From: Squalus acanthias
Lineage: Eukaryota
Assembly (NCBI GenBank): GCA_030390025.1
Contig: CM059432.1
Span: forward strand, 87,794,001 to 87,858,000
Reading direction: 5' to 3'
Length of the DNA: 64,000 bases
The notes beneath the pieces are model-generated. The model worked only from the letters and a program-made list of their open reading frames with translations. It was not told where the DNA came from and made no database searches. This document shows positions 13,161 through 25,318 of the stretch, piece by piece. How positions within the stretch are numbered: the first letter of the stretch is position 1; the number at the start of each line of letters is the position of its first letter. The position numbers and the translations under genes are program-made.

Positions 13161-13815
13161 ATTGTGTTTGAGTGATGGGCCTGTCATGGTTAAGTAGCTG
13201 GCATTGTGTGCAAGGTGAGAGATGTGGGTGTAAATCTTGCAACGGTGGTAAGTGTGTGAGGGTGATGTAAAGCTATGATTGTGAGGTATTAGTCATGATT
13301 GGTAGAGATTGTTGGTAGGTGAGTGATGGGGGTATGGTGCATTGAGCAGTGTGTGAGGCTAGTGGTGCAGTTGGTGGTATGTGGCATTTGAATATGTATT
13401 CACTGACCTTGACCACTCGTGTGAGGTCATTAAACTTCTTTTGGCACTGGATCCAGGTCCTGGGGGAAAGACTGGTAACATTGACTGCTTCAGCTATCTG
13501 CTCCCACTGCCTTCGTACAGTCTATCTAGAAGGCCTCCTGGCCCCCTGCGGGTAGAGGACCCGTCTCCTCCTGTCGACCCCCTGCACCAAGGCTGCGTCC
13601 AAGAACTGAGGTGCCCTTTCTCTGTCCTGTTGTGACATTACTATCTTTCCTTTTGCTTAGCTCTACTCAGAATGAGATACTTCTTTCACAAAGCAACTCC
13701 CCTTTAAGAAGTGCAGACAGCATTTAACTCTGCAAGCAACCTTTAAATATAGATCAGTGCAACACCCTGCAAGCCCCTTTTGACACTCGTGAACCCAGCC
13801 ATGATGGCAGCATTC

Positions 13816-13983
13816 TGAGTTTGCGTGGCAGCAAGCTGAGTCTGCAGGAGAGCAGTATGAGTTTGCGTGGCAGCAAGCTGAGTCTGCAGGAGAGCAGTAT
13901 GAGTTTGCGTGGCAGCAAGCTGAGTCTGCAGGAGAGCAGTATGAGTTTGCGTGGCAGCAAGCTGAGTCTCCAGGAGAGCAGTC
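13816..13983. repeat. 4 x 42-bp tandem repeat
   Basis: Unit tgagtttgcgtggcagcaagctgagtctgcaggagagcagta at 13816, 13858, 13900, 13942. Confidence 0.95.
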
Positions 13984-14409
13984 TGCACTTCCACTGCAGC
14001 ACTGAGACTTCGGGTCACTTCCGCTCATGCTGCAATGGAAGCAGTGACTTCGCCAATCACACACATCATCATGGCTGGGTCGAAAAGGTCTCTCCTGGAG
14101 TTGTCCTTCATTTCCAACCTGGAAATCATGGCTCCAAGCTCCACACAAAGCCCTTGCAATGTTGGAGCCGGACTCCTCCATGCTCCTTGACACTGACAAG
14201 AGGCTCTCTGGCAGGCTTGCCAATGCACCAAGCATTTCGGTGTGCATGGCCATCACCCTTCTTCTGAAGGCCGCCCCATTGAGGTCATCATCTGAGTTGT
14301 GTGCAGCAGAACTCGTGCATGAACTCACCCTCCAGGGAGCTGAACCCCTTTCCCCCTGGCCTTGCTGCAACCCACTCATACCTCCACTTAAGCAAGAAGC
14401 AGTGTAATT

Positions 14410-14664
14410 GTCGTAAAAACCATCTGGTTCACTAATGTACTTTAGGGAAGGAAATCTGCCGTCCTTACCTTGTATGGCCTATATGTGACTCCAGACCAAA
14501 ACAATGTGGTTCACTCTTAACTGCCCCTCTGAAATGGCCTAGCAAGTCACTCAGCTGTATTCAAGAAGGTGGCTCACCACCACCTTCTCGAAGGCAATTA
14601 AGGATGGACAATAAATGCTGGCCTTGCCAGCGGCACCCACATCCTGTGAATGAATTAGAAAAAA
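14410..14664 (+). mobile_element. SINE-like fragment sharing its 3' tail with the 6868-9480 LINE family
   Basis: Non-coding core ctggttcactaatg..agggaaggaaatctgcc followed by caccaccaccttctc..caataaatgctggccttgc..A-tail, the reverse complement of ~6875-6970. Confidence 0.7.
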
Positions 14665-15599
14665 ATACCGTCATTATCAGCATCGGCTTCAACTTCTCCC
14701 TTTGCCACGGCGTCCGTCACTGCCCCTCCAATGATGTCGAGCACCGATTATTCCAGGTTGCTGAGGTTCTGTATTGCAGCTTGGCTGCCTCTCATCTACC
14801 GCTGCTCCCTCCTGTTATGTGCTACCTTTGCCTGCAAGAAGAAAAGGAAGTGTGTCAGTGAGTGTAGTGTAGTGCAATGTGTTTGGGTGATGTGTCTGCC
14901 ATAGTTGAATAGCTGTCAGTGCGTGCAAGGTGTGAGTACGAATTTTGTGTGCTGCCTGGACCACTTTCAACGGGCACAGGCAAATAGCGCTGGCCCTTGA
15001 CACCATCCGTTTTTGGGCCTAATCCAGTTTCCAGGCCACTAATTCATAAAATCTACCCCAAATCTCTTTCTACGAACATTAGCATTTCTCAGCACCGATA
15101 AGGGCAAAACACATGTTCTAAGTGTTATCATCAACACTTATAAAGTAGTTTTATACTTACAAGGTTCAAGCAACAAAGGAAAGTATTACATAGTAATCAG
15201 ACTAATTTAGAAACTCCTCAGTGACCTCTGACTGTGCTATGAATGCCAGGTTCATGTGCACCTATTTGAAAATCACTTTAGTGTTTAGTGGAGGGCTGGT
15301 AGCTAATACAACAACAATTTGCCTATGTATAGTGCTTTCTCATTTATAAGAACATCTGAGTATTTTACAAAGTAGAGAGTCACCAAGCAGGAAAAGGAGA
15401 AATTAATAGGTCCAATGGGGTGGGGAAGAACAAAAGGTATGGGTCAAGGAAATGAGTTTTTTGGATACTTTTGAAGGCAGGGATAAACATAGCAAGCCAG
15501 AATGGTTTTGGATGAGAATTTCAGCTGTCAGAAGTGTACGGCCAAACTCAAGGAACAGCCCATTATCTTTCTACTTGGCTCTTTACAACCCTCTGGCCT

Positions 15600-16047
15600 T
15601 AACAAGAATGAAACCAGAACTGAGAATTTATAACTATCAGGAAAGACTGAACAAGCTGGGGCTTTTTTCTTTAGAAAAGAGAAGGCTGAGGGGTGATCTA
15701 ATTGAGGTCTTTAAAATTATGAAGGGGTTTGATAGGGTAGACCTAGAGAAGATGTTTCTACTTGTTTCTAAATATGAGTTAGTCACTAATAAATCCAATA
15801 AGGAATTTGGGAGATACTTCTTTACCCAGGGAATAGTTAGAATGTGGAACTCGCTGCCAAAAGGAGTAGTTGAGGCAAATAGCATAGAGGCATTTAAGTG
15901 CATGAGGGAGAAAGAAATAGAAGGATAGCTGATAGGGTTAGATGGAGCAAGGTGGGAGGAGGCTCATGTGGAGCATAAACACTGGCACAGACCAGTTGGG
16001 CCGAATGGCCTATTTCAGTACTGTACATTCTATGTAATTCTATGTAA
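15600..16047 (+). mobile_element. CR1 LINE 3' fragment
   Basis: YQERLNKLGLFSLEKRRLRGDLIEVFKIMKG; ends (ttctatgtaa)n. Confidence 0.9.
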
Positions 16048-16679
16048 TACAAACTTCGCTCTTCTGTTTTTGAGTTGTTGGCGGCCTGCATTATGATGTA
16101 TTGAAACCTAAAGTCTAAAGGGCATCTGATGTGCACTGAGCTTGATAAAGATCCCCAGAAGCACTGTAACCCTCTAAGCCTGCACACGATTTGTCCACTA
16201 GGCTCATTCAGCCCCCAAAAATATTTAGATTAAGGCTGTGCTTCGTAATGCGGCTGGAGCAGCTGAAGAGAGTTCCAGTTACTCAGGACCCATTTAAAAC
16301 AGGCACTGGAAAGCAGGTCCCTTTCCTCATGGTTGGGTCTTTGATCTTTAAGCGGCCACAGTCATTAGCACTTACTACCAGTACCCATTATAGTTTTCCC
16401 ACCAGTTCTATTGTGTTATTTAGCTGCTTTGCCAGAAAGGAAACTGTAGTTTCTTAAAGCTGTACTCCAACTGCTAGATCAGCCTGTTTCATACTGTACA
16501 CAGGTATCCCTGTGGGCATTTGAGGAGGAGCAGGATCACAGGGAACATGGTGGACACCTTAAATTCTCAGTTAGGGCCTGACCATATGCTGCTGATTGTG
16601 GGCCAAGAAGCTCAGCTCAGGATGAACAGGGCACTGCAGTTGCATACTAACAGATTCAACCTGAGACAGAAGCTGGGAA

Positions 16680-17450
16680 TGTTGATAGAATCAGAGCCAG
16701 AGACTCATATGTGCTGGCAGAGCTATAAAGGAAGGCTTTGGTTTTGTCGATGTTGAGCTGAAGGAAATTGCGAGCCATCCAGGATTTAATGTCAGACAGG
16801 TAATTGGAGTGAATGGTAGTGGAGAAGTAGAGTTCATATTGTCAGCATATGTGCGGAAGCTGATCTTATGGTTGTGCATGATGTACAACAACTTGCAGGT
16901 ATATAGCACTCCTCAGGTTGGTTGGACAAGCAGTAATCCAGAAATAGAGGGATGAAGAGTGTTGGCTAGGGCTAATTGCGGGAGCAGATTTTTCAAATAG
17001 GGCAGGACAAGGCTGTGGAAGGGCTTGAAAATGATGAGATTCTTGAAGCTGACCTCCTGGGACATGCAGCTAATAGATTTGGACAACAATGGTGGTGATG
17101 AGTGTGTGGAACTTAGTGCAGGAAAAGACTTAGGCTACAGAGTTTTGGATTATCTAAAAATTTATGAAAGGTTCAGGTGGAGGACAGCATTTGAGAAAAT
17201 GATCACTGAGGTGATTAATACATAGAAAGGCGAGACTAGGAGAGGACCAAGGTTGGAGTCCTGGGGCATATTGGAAGTGAGCGTGAGGGCATGGGAGGAG
17301 AAGCTGAAGAGATGTAATGACTGTGTTCGGATAAATAGAGATAAAATCATGAAAGGGCAGTACTGTAATGATCGACCATACCATTCCAGGTAGGGGAGGA
17401 AAATTGAGTGATCAACTGTGTCAAAGGCAGCAGAGATGTCAAGACAACAA
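16680..17450 (-). mobile_element. Old L2-like LINE RT fragment
   Basis: Degenerate LDISAAFDTVDH (ORF 17162-17461), PQDSNLGP and YAD motifs. Confidence 0.65.
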
Positions 17451-17462
17451 GTCACAATCACA

Positions 17463-17553
17463 AATAAAAACAGAAAATGCTGGAAATACTCAGCAGATCA
17501 GGCAGCATCTGTGGAGAGAGAAACAGAGTTAACGTTTCAGGTCGATGACCCTT
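17463..17553 (-). mobile_element. Short Penelope-like terminal-repeat insertion
   Basis: Perfect 12-bp TSD gtcacaatcaca (17451-17462, 17554-17565); same sequence family as 11694-11780. Confidence 0.85.
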
Positions 17554-19204
17554 GTCACAATCACAGTTGCACAGGATTTTGTTCATAACTTTACACAAGG
17601 TAATGTTGTGGTTTTGATAAGTTCAGAATAGAGCATCTTTAGATTGATAATGGTGAGAAAGATGACCAAATAGTTGACTGTCAATATTACATTCAAGAAC
17701 CTTGAAGATTGGCAATAGGGCACTTGTTTCAGAAACAGGAAATATTTTTTAAAATTTGTTTCAAAGGGGAACAAAATGATTTTATTCCCAAGTGTTGTGC
17801 TTTGGGAAGTTTCTTTAAAAAACAGTAGTAATTTGAAATATGTTTTTAATTGCCACTAGATACAATGTCACACTAATTAATAATCATACAGTTAGGTTGT
17901 GTAAACAGGCAATAACTTGAAAACTATACACATCAGTGCACATCTGTACAAAATAAAGTATATTCCTGTGTAGAAATGCAGACCATAAAGTACTTTTAAT
18001 GTGGTAGATAATGATTTTCATTTTAATAGTCTGGAATAAATGGGATATTCAAATAATGATTGTTCTGTCTTTTAGTCTGGCGGTGTGGCAGATTACTTAA
18101 AGAATACAGTTGAGAGCATGTGAGGTTGATATAATCTGTAGCGGCTAGACTAATTTACTGTGACAACACTCTGCATTTGCTGTGGCTGATTTGTATTCCT
18201 TTGTAAGGCAGCCAGTGACAAGTATTTACAAGGAGCTTCTCATTGCCTTCTGACTGGAGAGAATCAGAGAAATTCAGCATGGAGGCATTTGGATCTCAGT
18301 CATGCACAATTAAATTTACAACGGTATTAACTCTTCTAACATAAATACTTTAAAAATTCTGATATATTGAATTAAAAACATATAAATTCAACGCTTTCAA
18401 ACTGAATGCCCAGCAGTTTATGTTTGATGGATGTTATATGTGCAGAAGATTAATAACCCATGTTTTAAATGGGGTTTGGCATTGGACTTTCTGTATAACC
18501 ACCAATGTAATATGTTACAATACATAAAATGTGAGGCATGTGTGGCATTTTATTATGTAAAGTTGGTCTATCTGTTGCACAGATGACTATTGTGCAATAG
18601 ACAGCTCTTGCTATATTGTTTTTGCATTAACGTTGCTGCCATGCATGGCCAATGAGTCAAGCAAAAAAATACATTTCCAGTAACCATTACTTTAAACAGT
18701 TCTAACTCAACAGTACTATAATAGTTCTGTATCTTGCAACACAAAATACTTTGCACTATGTTGTGGAGCAGACGCCAGTGACATAGGAGGGCCAATCAAA
18801 ACTTCAAATTGTTGCATTTCCGGGGTCTTCCAAGCCCTGAGCTCATCTTGGAAATCCCAGTGGAGCCCACTTCATCCCTTGGCTGACCTGTATGCTGGAA
18901 TATAGGGAGGTCGGGGAAACATGGGAATCCTCCTCCATGGTCTGTCTCTTCCAATGTAATGGGCCATTTTTGGGGCAGACAGAGGTTCTGCCCGCCCCAG
19001 GTCCTGTTGGGAACTGGCTACATGGGGTGCGACACGGTGGCCTAGAAATTTGACCACACCGCACCCGTTTATCAGGCACAAAACGGGCGCCTAAGCATCC
19101 AATATAGCGCTGGTCTGGCTGCATTCAAGAAAACATTGTCTATGTACGGCCTAACGACCAACACAAAAAAGGTACCTTTTTAAAGAATACTTACCTGAAT
19201 GTGG

Positions 19205-19436
19205 AGCCCTCCCCATTTCTGTAATCTCCTCCAGTCCTACAACTCCCCCGGGAACTTTCCGTTCCTCTAACTCTGGCTTTATCGGCATCTCCCCTTCCTC
19301 CTGAACATCCATCTCTTTGATCACCCTCCTAATAGATCCTTCTTTGGCTAGCATCCATTTATTTTTGATTAGACTTCTGTGAAGGGCCTTGGATGTTTTC
19401 TATGTTGAAGACGCTATATAAATGCAAGTTGTTGTA
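19205..19436 (+). mobile_element. L2-type LINE/SINE 3' end
   Basis: Ends ctgtgaagggcctt..gacgctatataaatgcaagttgttg; a related tail lies on the minus strand at ~15308-15345. Confidence 0.55.
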
Positions 19437-19963
19437 AAATCCAGTGAAATGTGCTTATTCTATATGGGGGAGAAATTCGGTACCTTAGTGCCTCCAGTTA
19501 GTGCCTGGCGGGGGCGCTAACGGGGCGCTGAGGCAGTAACGCCGCGGCGAGGCGAATCCAACGATGCACGTCAAATCCACACTCCCGTAGTGCCGCCGCT
19601 ACGAGTTAGCGCCGGGGACCTCAGCGCCAGGCAGATCCTGATGCAGTGAGTGTGCAATGCTCACTGGGTGCCCGATCTGCAAAATTGATTATCGCCCCCT
19701 GCCTTAGCGCCTCGCCCCGACAGCAACAGGGAGAGGAGGTGTGAAGCAGTCGGTAGCTGGCTCCAGGGGCGTTACGTAATGGGAGCATTAGTAATGAGTC
19801 ACAGCTCTCAGATTATTGCTGTTTCTCTGCTTCCTTGTCAGTTTGACATTGTGCAGTTTAAATCATCATTTAAAGGTTGTTTAGTCTCTGGAGTGTTGTG
19901 GCTACTAAAAATTAGTTACATTTATTCTCATAACATATCAAAGTGCTACACTTTATTACATTA

Positions 19964-21109
19964 ACGGGGGCTGTACCGACAGTCGACCTCGCCCTCCAGG
20001 ATCTGCGGCGGAGGGAGCGAGAAAGATTGGAACATGTGGCCAGAGGGAGGAGGAGGGCCTGAAGGCTCTCAACAGGAGACCTCACCCTCCGAGGGTATTC
20101 CGACAGCACTTCTCCTACTTTTAATTAAGTGAGGAGCAGTGTATTAGGAGGCTCCACTTCACCAAGGTGGTGGTCACAGAACTCTGCCACCTCCTGCAAC
20201 CAGACCTCGAGCCTCAGATCAGGGTGACCACGGCTCTCTCAGTGCCAGTCAAGGTCACCGACACCCTCAATTTCTTCGCCAGCGTATCCTTCCAGTCTGT
20301 AACAGGAGACATAGCTAACATCTCGCAGTTCGCCATTCATTGCTGCATCCGGGAGGTGACAGAGGCTCTCTACAGAAGGAGAAGGGATTACGTTTCCTTC
20401 CCCATCACCAGAGAGAAGCAGGACGAGTGTGCATGCGGCTTTGCCAGGATAGCGGGATTCCCCATGGTGCAGGGCGCCATCGATTGCACCCATGTGGCTT
20501 TGTGGGCACCGCATAACAATCCTGACATCTTCCATAACTGCAAAGGCTACCACTCACTTAATGTGCAGTTGGTGTGCGACCACACACAACGAATTCTCAA
20601 TGTGAATGCCTGGCAGCAACCACAATGCCTTCATCCTGTGCCAGACCGGTGTGCCAGCACTCTTCCAGCCACCACATGAAGCTCGCAGCTAGCTGGTCGG
20701 AGACAAGAGCTATCCGCTCTCCAACTGTCTCATGACTCCCCTCCGCAACCCTAACACTCCTGCACAGCACTCATATAATGAGAGCCATGCTGCCACCCGG
20801 AACATCATCGAGCAGACCATCGGGGTGCTCAAGCAATGGTTCCACTGCCTTGACCGCTCGGGAGGAGCCCTCCAGTACTCGGCTGAGCGGGTGTCCCATT
20901 TCGTCGTCGTCTGCTGCATGCTCCACAATTTGGCCATCATGAGGGCCCAGCCCTTGCCACCAGGGATTGCAGGACCACCTCAGGAGGAGGAACAGGGAGA
21001 GGAGGAGGAGGAGGATGAGGAAGAACAGGAGCGAGGGAGGAGGCAGCCACTCTATCGGCCTTCCGGAAGAGCAGTCCATGATCGCCTCATCAGACTGCAG
21101 TTCCAATAA
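19964..21109 (+). pseudogene. Harbinger DDE transposase (HARBI1-like), disrupted
   Basis: [45 protein letters not shown]; split across ORFs 20167-20679 and 20732-21109. Confidence 0.92.
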
Positions 21110-22989
21110 ATTAAACCCCAGATCCCCGTTGCTCACCACATCCCCATCATTCCATCCCTGTCGCAGACCACATCACAGTGCGAAGCTGAAATGAGACACA
21201 ACACAAAATAATCCAAACTGAATTAATAAATGTGTCAATAATCAGTTAACACATATGTACAACAACAATATTTACTATTCACCCTTGTGCAATCCCTTAG
21301 TGCCTCTCATTACTGTGCCTTTGCCTACTCTAGCGCACCTAGTGTTGGCCCAATGGCTGCAGCAGGGCTGGAGGAAGGCAGCTGAGTGTCCATGCGGGAG
21401 TTTTCAGATGGCCTTGCAGGGCGCCCTCGACCAGCTCTGGGCCTGGAAGGCCCGGCTGTAGATGGCACCACCTCAGCATGGGTGGCAGCAGTCTGGGCTG
21501 GCTGGATGACAGGCAGTGACAAGGGCAATGGTGGTGTGGCAGTGGTGGAAGCAGGAATGCTGTCATCCTGAGAGAGGACAGCAGCTTCCTGCTCCACTGA
21601 CCCACTGCCACTCCCCCGGGGCAGCACCTCAGCATCCCTAGCAATCTGTTGGAGCACAGATTGCTGGCCTGCTGCAACAACGTGAAAGCCCCGGCCAATG
21701 GTGGTAGACGCAGCCACGATGGCAGCAGTCAGAGCTTGCGTGGCATCAAGCTGAGACTGCATGAGAGCAGTCTGAGATTGGATGGCACCAACCATAGACT
21801 GCATTACAGCACTAAGACATTGCGTCACTTCCGCCTGTGCTGCAATGGAAGCTGCCAGATCACCCATCACACACGCAGCATCAGGTCTGGGTCACCACAG
21901 TCTCGCTGGGAGTCTACCATCCTTTACAGACTGGAAATGATGGGCTCCATGGTGTGCGCAGAGCTCTGTGCAATGTTGGAGGCGGACTCCTCCACGCTCC
22001 TTACCATTGCCCAGAGGCTCTCGGGCACCCTTGCCATTGCACCTATCATCTCCATGTGCATCACCCTTCCTCTAAAGGCCTCCTTTTCGAGGTCCTCATT
22101 TGAGTCCTGTGCAGCAGAACTCATGCACGAACTCGCCCTCCAGGGAGCTGGCCCCCAAGCTACCCTTTCCCCCTGGCCTTGCTGCAGCCCGCTTGTCCCT
22201 GGTGCATCATCCTGTGCAGATCCCGCTACTATACTAGCCTCTAAAGAACACATAGTGCCAGTATCTGAACTGGTGCCTGCAGGTGAGATATGCAGTGACG
22301 CGGTGTGTTCTTTCTCCTCCTCTTCTCCCTCCTCGCTCTCAACAATACCCTCGGGGACATTATCTGAAAGCATAAAGGCACAAGAGTCGGGTTAAGGTGA
22401 GGGGAGGGGGGCAGGAAGGGAGAAATGCATGCATACAGCATGATTAGCTGGAAAGTGCGAAAGGCTTGTGGGGTGAGGGGGAAGTGGGATGTGAGAAGAA
22501 GGAGTAGGGATGAACATACCGTTGTTGTCTCCCAAGGGGGTCAACGTCGCCAGTGGCCACAGTGCCCACCACCTGGCGCCCAATAATCTGCAGCACTCTA
22601 TTTTCCAGCGCAGACAGTGGTTGGGTGTTGGCTTGTCCCCTGCCTGTGTGCTCCTGCTCCCTCCTGTTGTGAGCCACCTTAGCCTGCAAGAGAAAGGAAA
22701 GTGTGTGAGTGAGTGTGGAGCAATGTGTTTGGGTGATGTGTCTGCCATAGTTCAATAGCTGTCAAGGTGTGAGATGTGGGCGTGAGTGTTGGTAGGTAGA
22801 GATTGTTGGTGGGTGAGTGCTGGGGGTGTGGTGCTTTGGGCAGTGTGTGCAGACTGTGGTTCAGACGGTGGTATGTAGCATTTGTTGAAGCATTGACTCA
22901 CCCTGCCCACCTGAGTGAGGTCATTAAATTTCTTCCTGCACTGTGTGTGGGTCCTGGGGACCACAGGGCTGGGCATCCTCCCTCCACAT

Positions 22990-25318
22990 ATAAAAACAGA
23001 TAGTAAGAGTTTTTATAGTTATATAAAAAGAAAAAGGGTGGCTAAAGTAAATGTTGGTCCCTTAGAGGATGAGACCGGGAAATTAATGGTGGGAAATATG
23101 GAGATGGCAAATACACTGAATGAATATTTTGTATCAGTCTTTACAGTAGAGGACACTAAGAATATCCCAACACTGGACAAACAGGGGGCTATAGGGGGGG
23201 AGGAGCTAAACACGATCAAAATCACTAAGGAAGTGGTACTCGGTAAAATACTGGGACTCAAGGCGGATAAATCACCTGGACCTGATGGCTTACATCCTAG
23301 GGTCTTGAGGGAAGTGGCGGTAGGGATTGTGGATGCATTGGTAATAATTTTCCAAAACTCCCTGGACTCAGCAAAGATCCCGGCAGACTGGAAAACTGCT
23401 AATGTAACACCCTTATTTAAAAAGGGCAGTAGACAGAAGGCTGGAAACTATAGACCGGTTAGCCTAACATCTGTGGTAGGTAAAATTTTGGAGTCCATTA
23501 TTAAGGAGACAGTAACGGGACATTTGGATAATCATAATTTAATAGGACAAAGTCAGCATGGTTTTATGAAGGGGAAGTCATGTTTGCCAAATTTGCTGGA
23601 GTTCTTTGAGGAAGTAACACACAGGGTGGATAAAGGGGAACCAGTGGATGTGGTGTATTTAGACTTCCAAAAGACATTTGACAAGGTGCCACACAAAAGA
23701 TTATTGCTTAAGATAAAAAATCACGGGATTGGGGGTAATATTCTGGCATGGATAGAGGATTGGCTATCTAACAGAAGGCAGAGAGTTGGGATAAATAGTT
23801 CATTCTCAGACTGGCAATCAGTAACTAGTGGTGTTCCGCAGGGGTCAGTGCTGGGTCCCCAACTCTTTACAATCTATATTAACGATTTGGAGGAGGGGAC
23901 CGAGTGTAACATATCAAAGTTTGCAGATGATACTAAGATGGGAGGGAAAGTAGTGAGTGAGGAGGACATAAAAAATCTGCAAGGGGACATAGACAGGCTA
24001 AGTAAGTGGGCAGAGATTTGGCAGATGGAATACAATACTGGAAAGTGTGAGGTTATGCACTTTGGCAGGAAAAATAGTAGAGCAAGTTATTATCTTAATG
24101 GCAAGAAACTGGAAAGTACTGAAGTACAAAGGGATCTGGGGATCCTGGTGCACGAAACTCAAAAGGTTAGTATGCAGGTGCAGCAAGTGATTAAGAAGGC
24201 CAATGGAATGTTGGCTTTCATTGCTAGGGGGATAGAATATAAAAATAGGGAGGTATTGCTTCAGTTGTACAAGGTATTGGTGAGACCGCACCTGGAATAC
24301 TGCATACAGTTTTGGTGTCCATACTGAAGAAAAGACATAATTGATCTCGAGTCAGTACAAAGAAGGTTCACTCGGTTAATCCCGGGAAGAATTGCTGCCC
24401 CAGGAAGCTGTGGAAGCTACATCATTAAATAAATTTAAAACAGAAATAGACAGTTTCCTAGAAGTAAAGGGAATTAGGGGTTACGGGGAGCAGGCAGGAA
24501 ATTGGACATGAGGCTGAGTTCGGATTGGTCGAGGCCCTGTGGGTGGCGTAGCGGGTCAAGGGGCTGAGTGGCCGGGTCCTGCTCCTACTTCTTGTGTTCT
24601 TTAGATTTGAGGTGAGGATCAGATCAGCCATGATCTTATTGAATGGCGGAGCAGGCTCGAAGGGCCGATTGGCCTACTCCTGCTCCTATTTCTTATGTTC
24701 TTATGTTCTTATGAGGGGATGGACATATGAGGAGAGGTTGGGTAGATTGGGACTCTACTCATTGGAGTTCAGAAGAATGAGAGGCGATCTTATTGAAACA
24801 TATAAGATTGTGAAGGGGTTGGATCGGGTGGATGCGGGGAGGATGTTCCCGATGATGGGTGAAACTAGAACTAGGGGACATAGTCTTAGAATAAGGGGCT
24901 GCTCTTTCAAAACTGAGATGAGAAGGAACTACTTCACTCAGAGGGTGGTAGGTCCATGGAATATGCTGCCCCAAAAAGCTGTAGAAGCTACATCATTACA
25001 TAAATTTAAAACAGAAATAGACAGTTTCCTAGAAGTAAAGGGAATTAAGGGTTACGGGGAGCGGGCAGGAATTTGGACATGAGTCTAGGTTCGGATCGGT
25101 CATGGCCCTGTGGGTAGCGTAGCGGGCCCAGGGGCCGTGTAGCCTGATCCTGCTCCTATTTCGTGTGTCCAATTCTGTTAGGTTCAGGAGATGGTTCTGT
25201 GATAGTAGATTGGCGGTTAGGATCAGATCAGCCATGATCTTATTGAATGGCGGAGCAGGCTCGAGGGGCCAATTGGCCTACTCCTGCTCTATTTCTTATG
25301 TTCTTATGTTCTTATGTT
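22990..25318 (+). mobile_element. 5'-truncated CR1 (HER1-like) LINE with a long open RT reading frame
   Basis: ORF 22915-24327 with YLDFQKTFDKVPH, GVPQGSVLGP, KFADD; (ttcttatg)n tail; TSD cacat (22985-22989, 25319-25323). Confidence 0.95.
24388..24710 (+). mobile_element. Nested short CR1 3' end inside the CR1 above
   Basis: Interrupts ..aatcccggga|tgaggggatgg..; closely resembles 24964-25318; has its own (ttcttatg)n tail. Confidence 0.85.

Larger units (their letters stand above)
9485..13740. mobile_element. PIF/Harbinger remnant H3: transposase C-terminus (+, 9485-9853) and 3-exon Myb/SANT gene (-, ~10024-13640) with nested insertions
   Basis: MTPLCNL...HAATRNLIEQT and acidic tail on +; on -, exon 3 ~10024-11012, exon 2 AKVAHNQ..TGGG ~12236-12362, exon 1 WIQCQKKFNDLTRVV ~13405-13640. 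Confidence 0.9.
13750..15037 (-). mobile_element. PIF/Harbinger remnant H4 (Myb-gene exons 2 and 3, TIR-like end)
   Basis: ORF 13663-14379 parallels 37429-38307; exon 2 AKVAHNRREQR ~14680-14831; ccagtttccaggcc TIR-like end at 15024-15037. Confidence 0.8.

Noticed and set aside
19039..19125. TIR-like start ggcctagaaatttg
   Set aside because: No matching opposite TIR or TSD could be found, so no element was called
19964..21109. Domesticated HARBI1/NAIF1 host genes
   Set aside because: Multiple copies with stops and frameshifts, enclosed by TIRs and TSDs; these are transposon copies
22915..24327. Active 470-aa reverse transcriptase gene
   Set aside because: 5'-truncated CR1 with no endonuclease or ORF1; the N-terminus is antisense Harbinger sequence; premature stop and nested insertion follow
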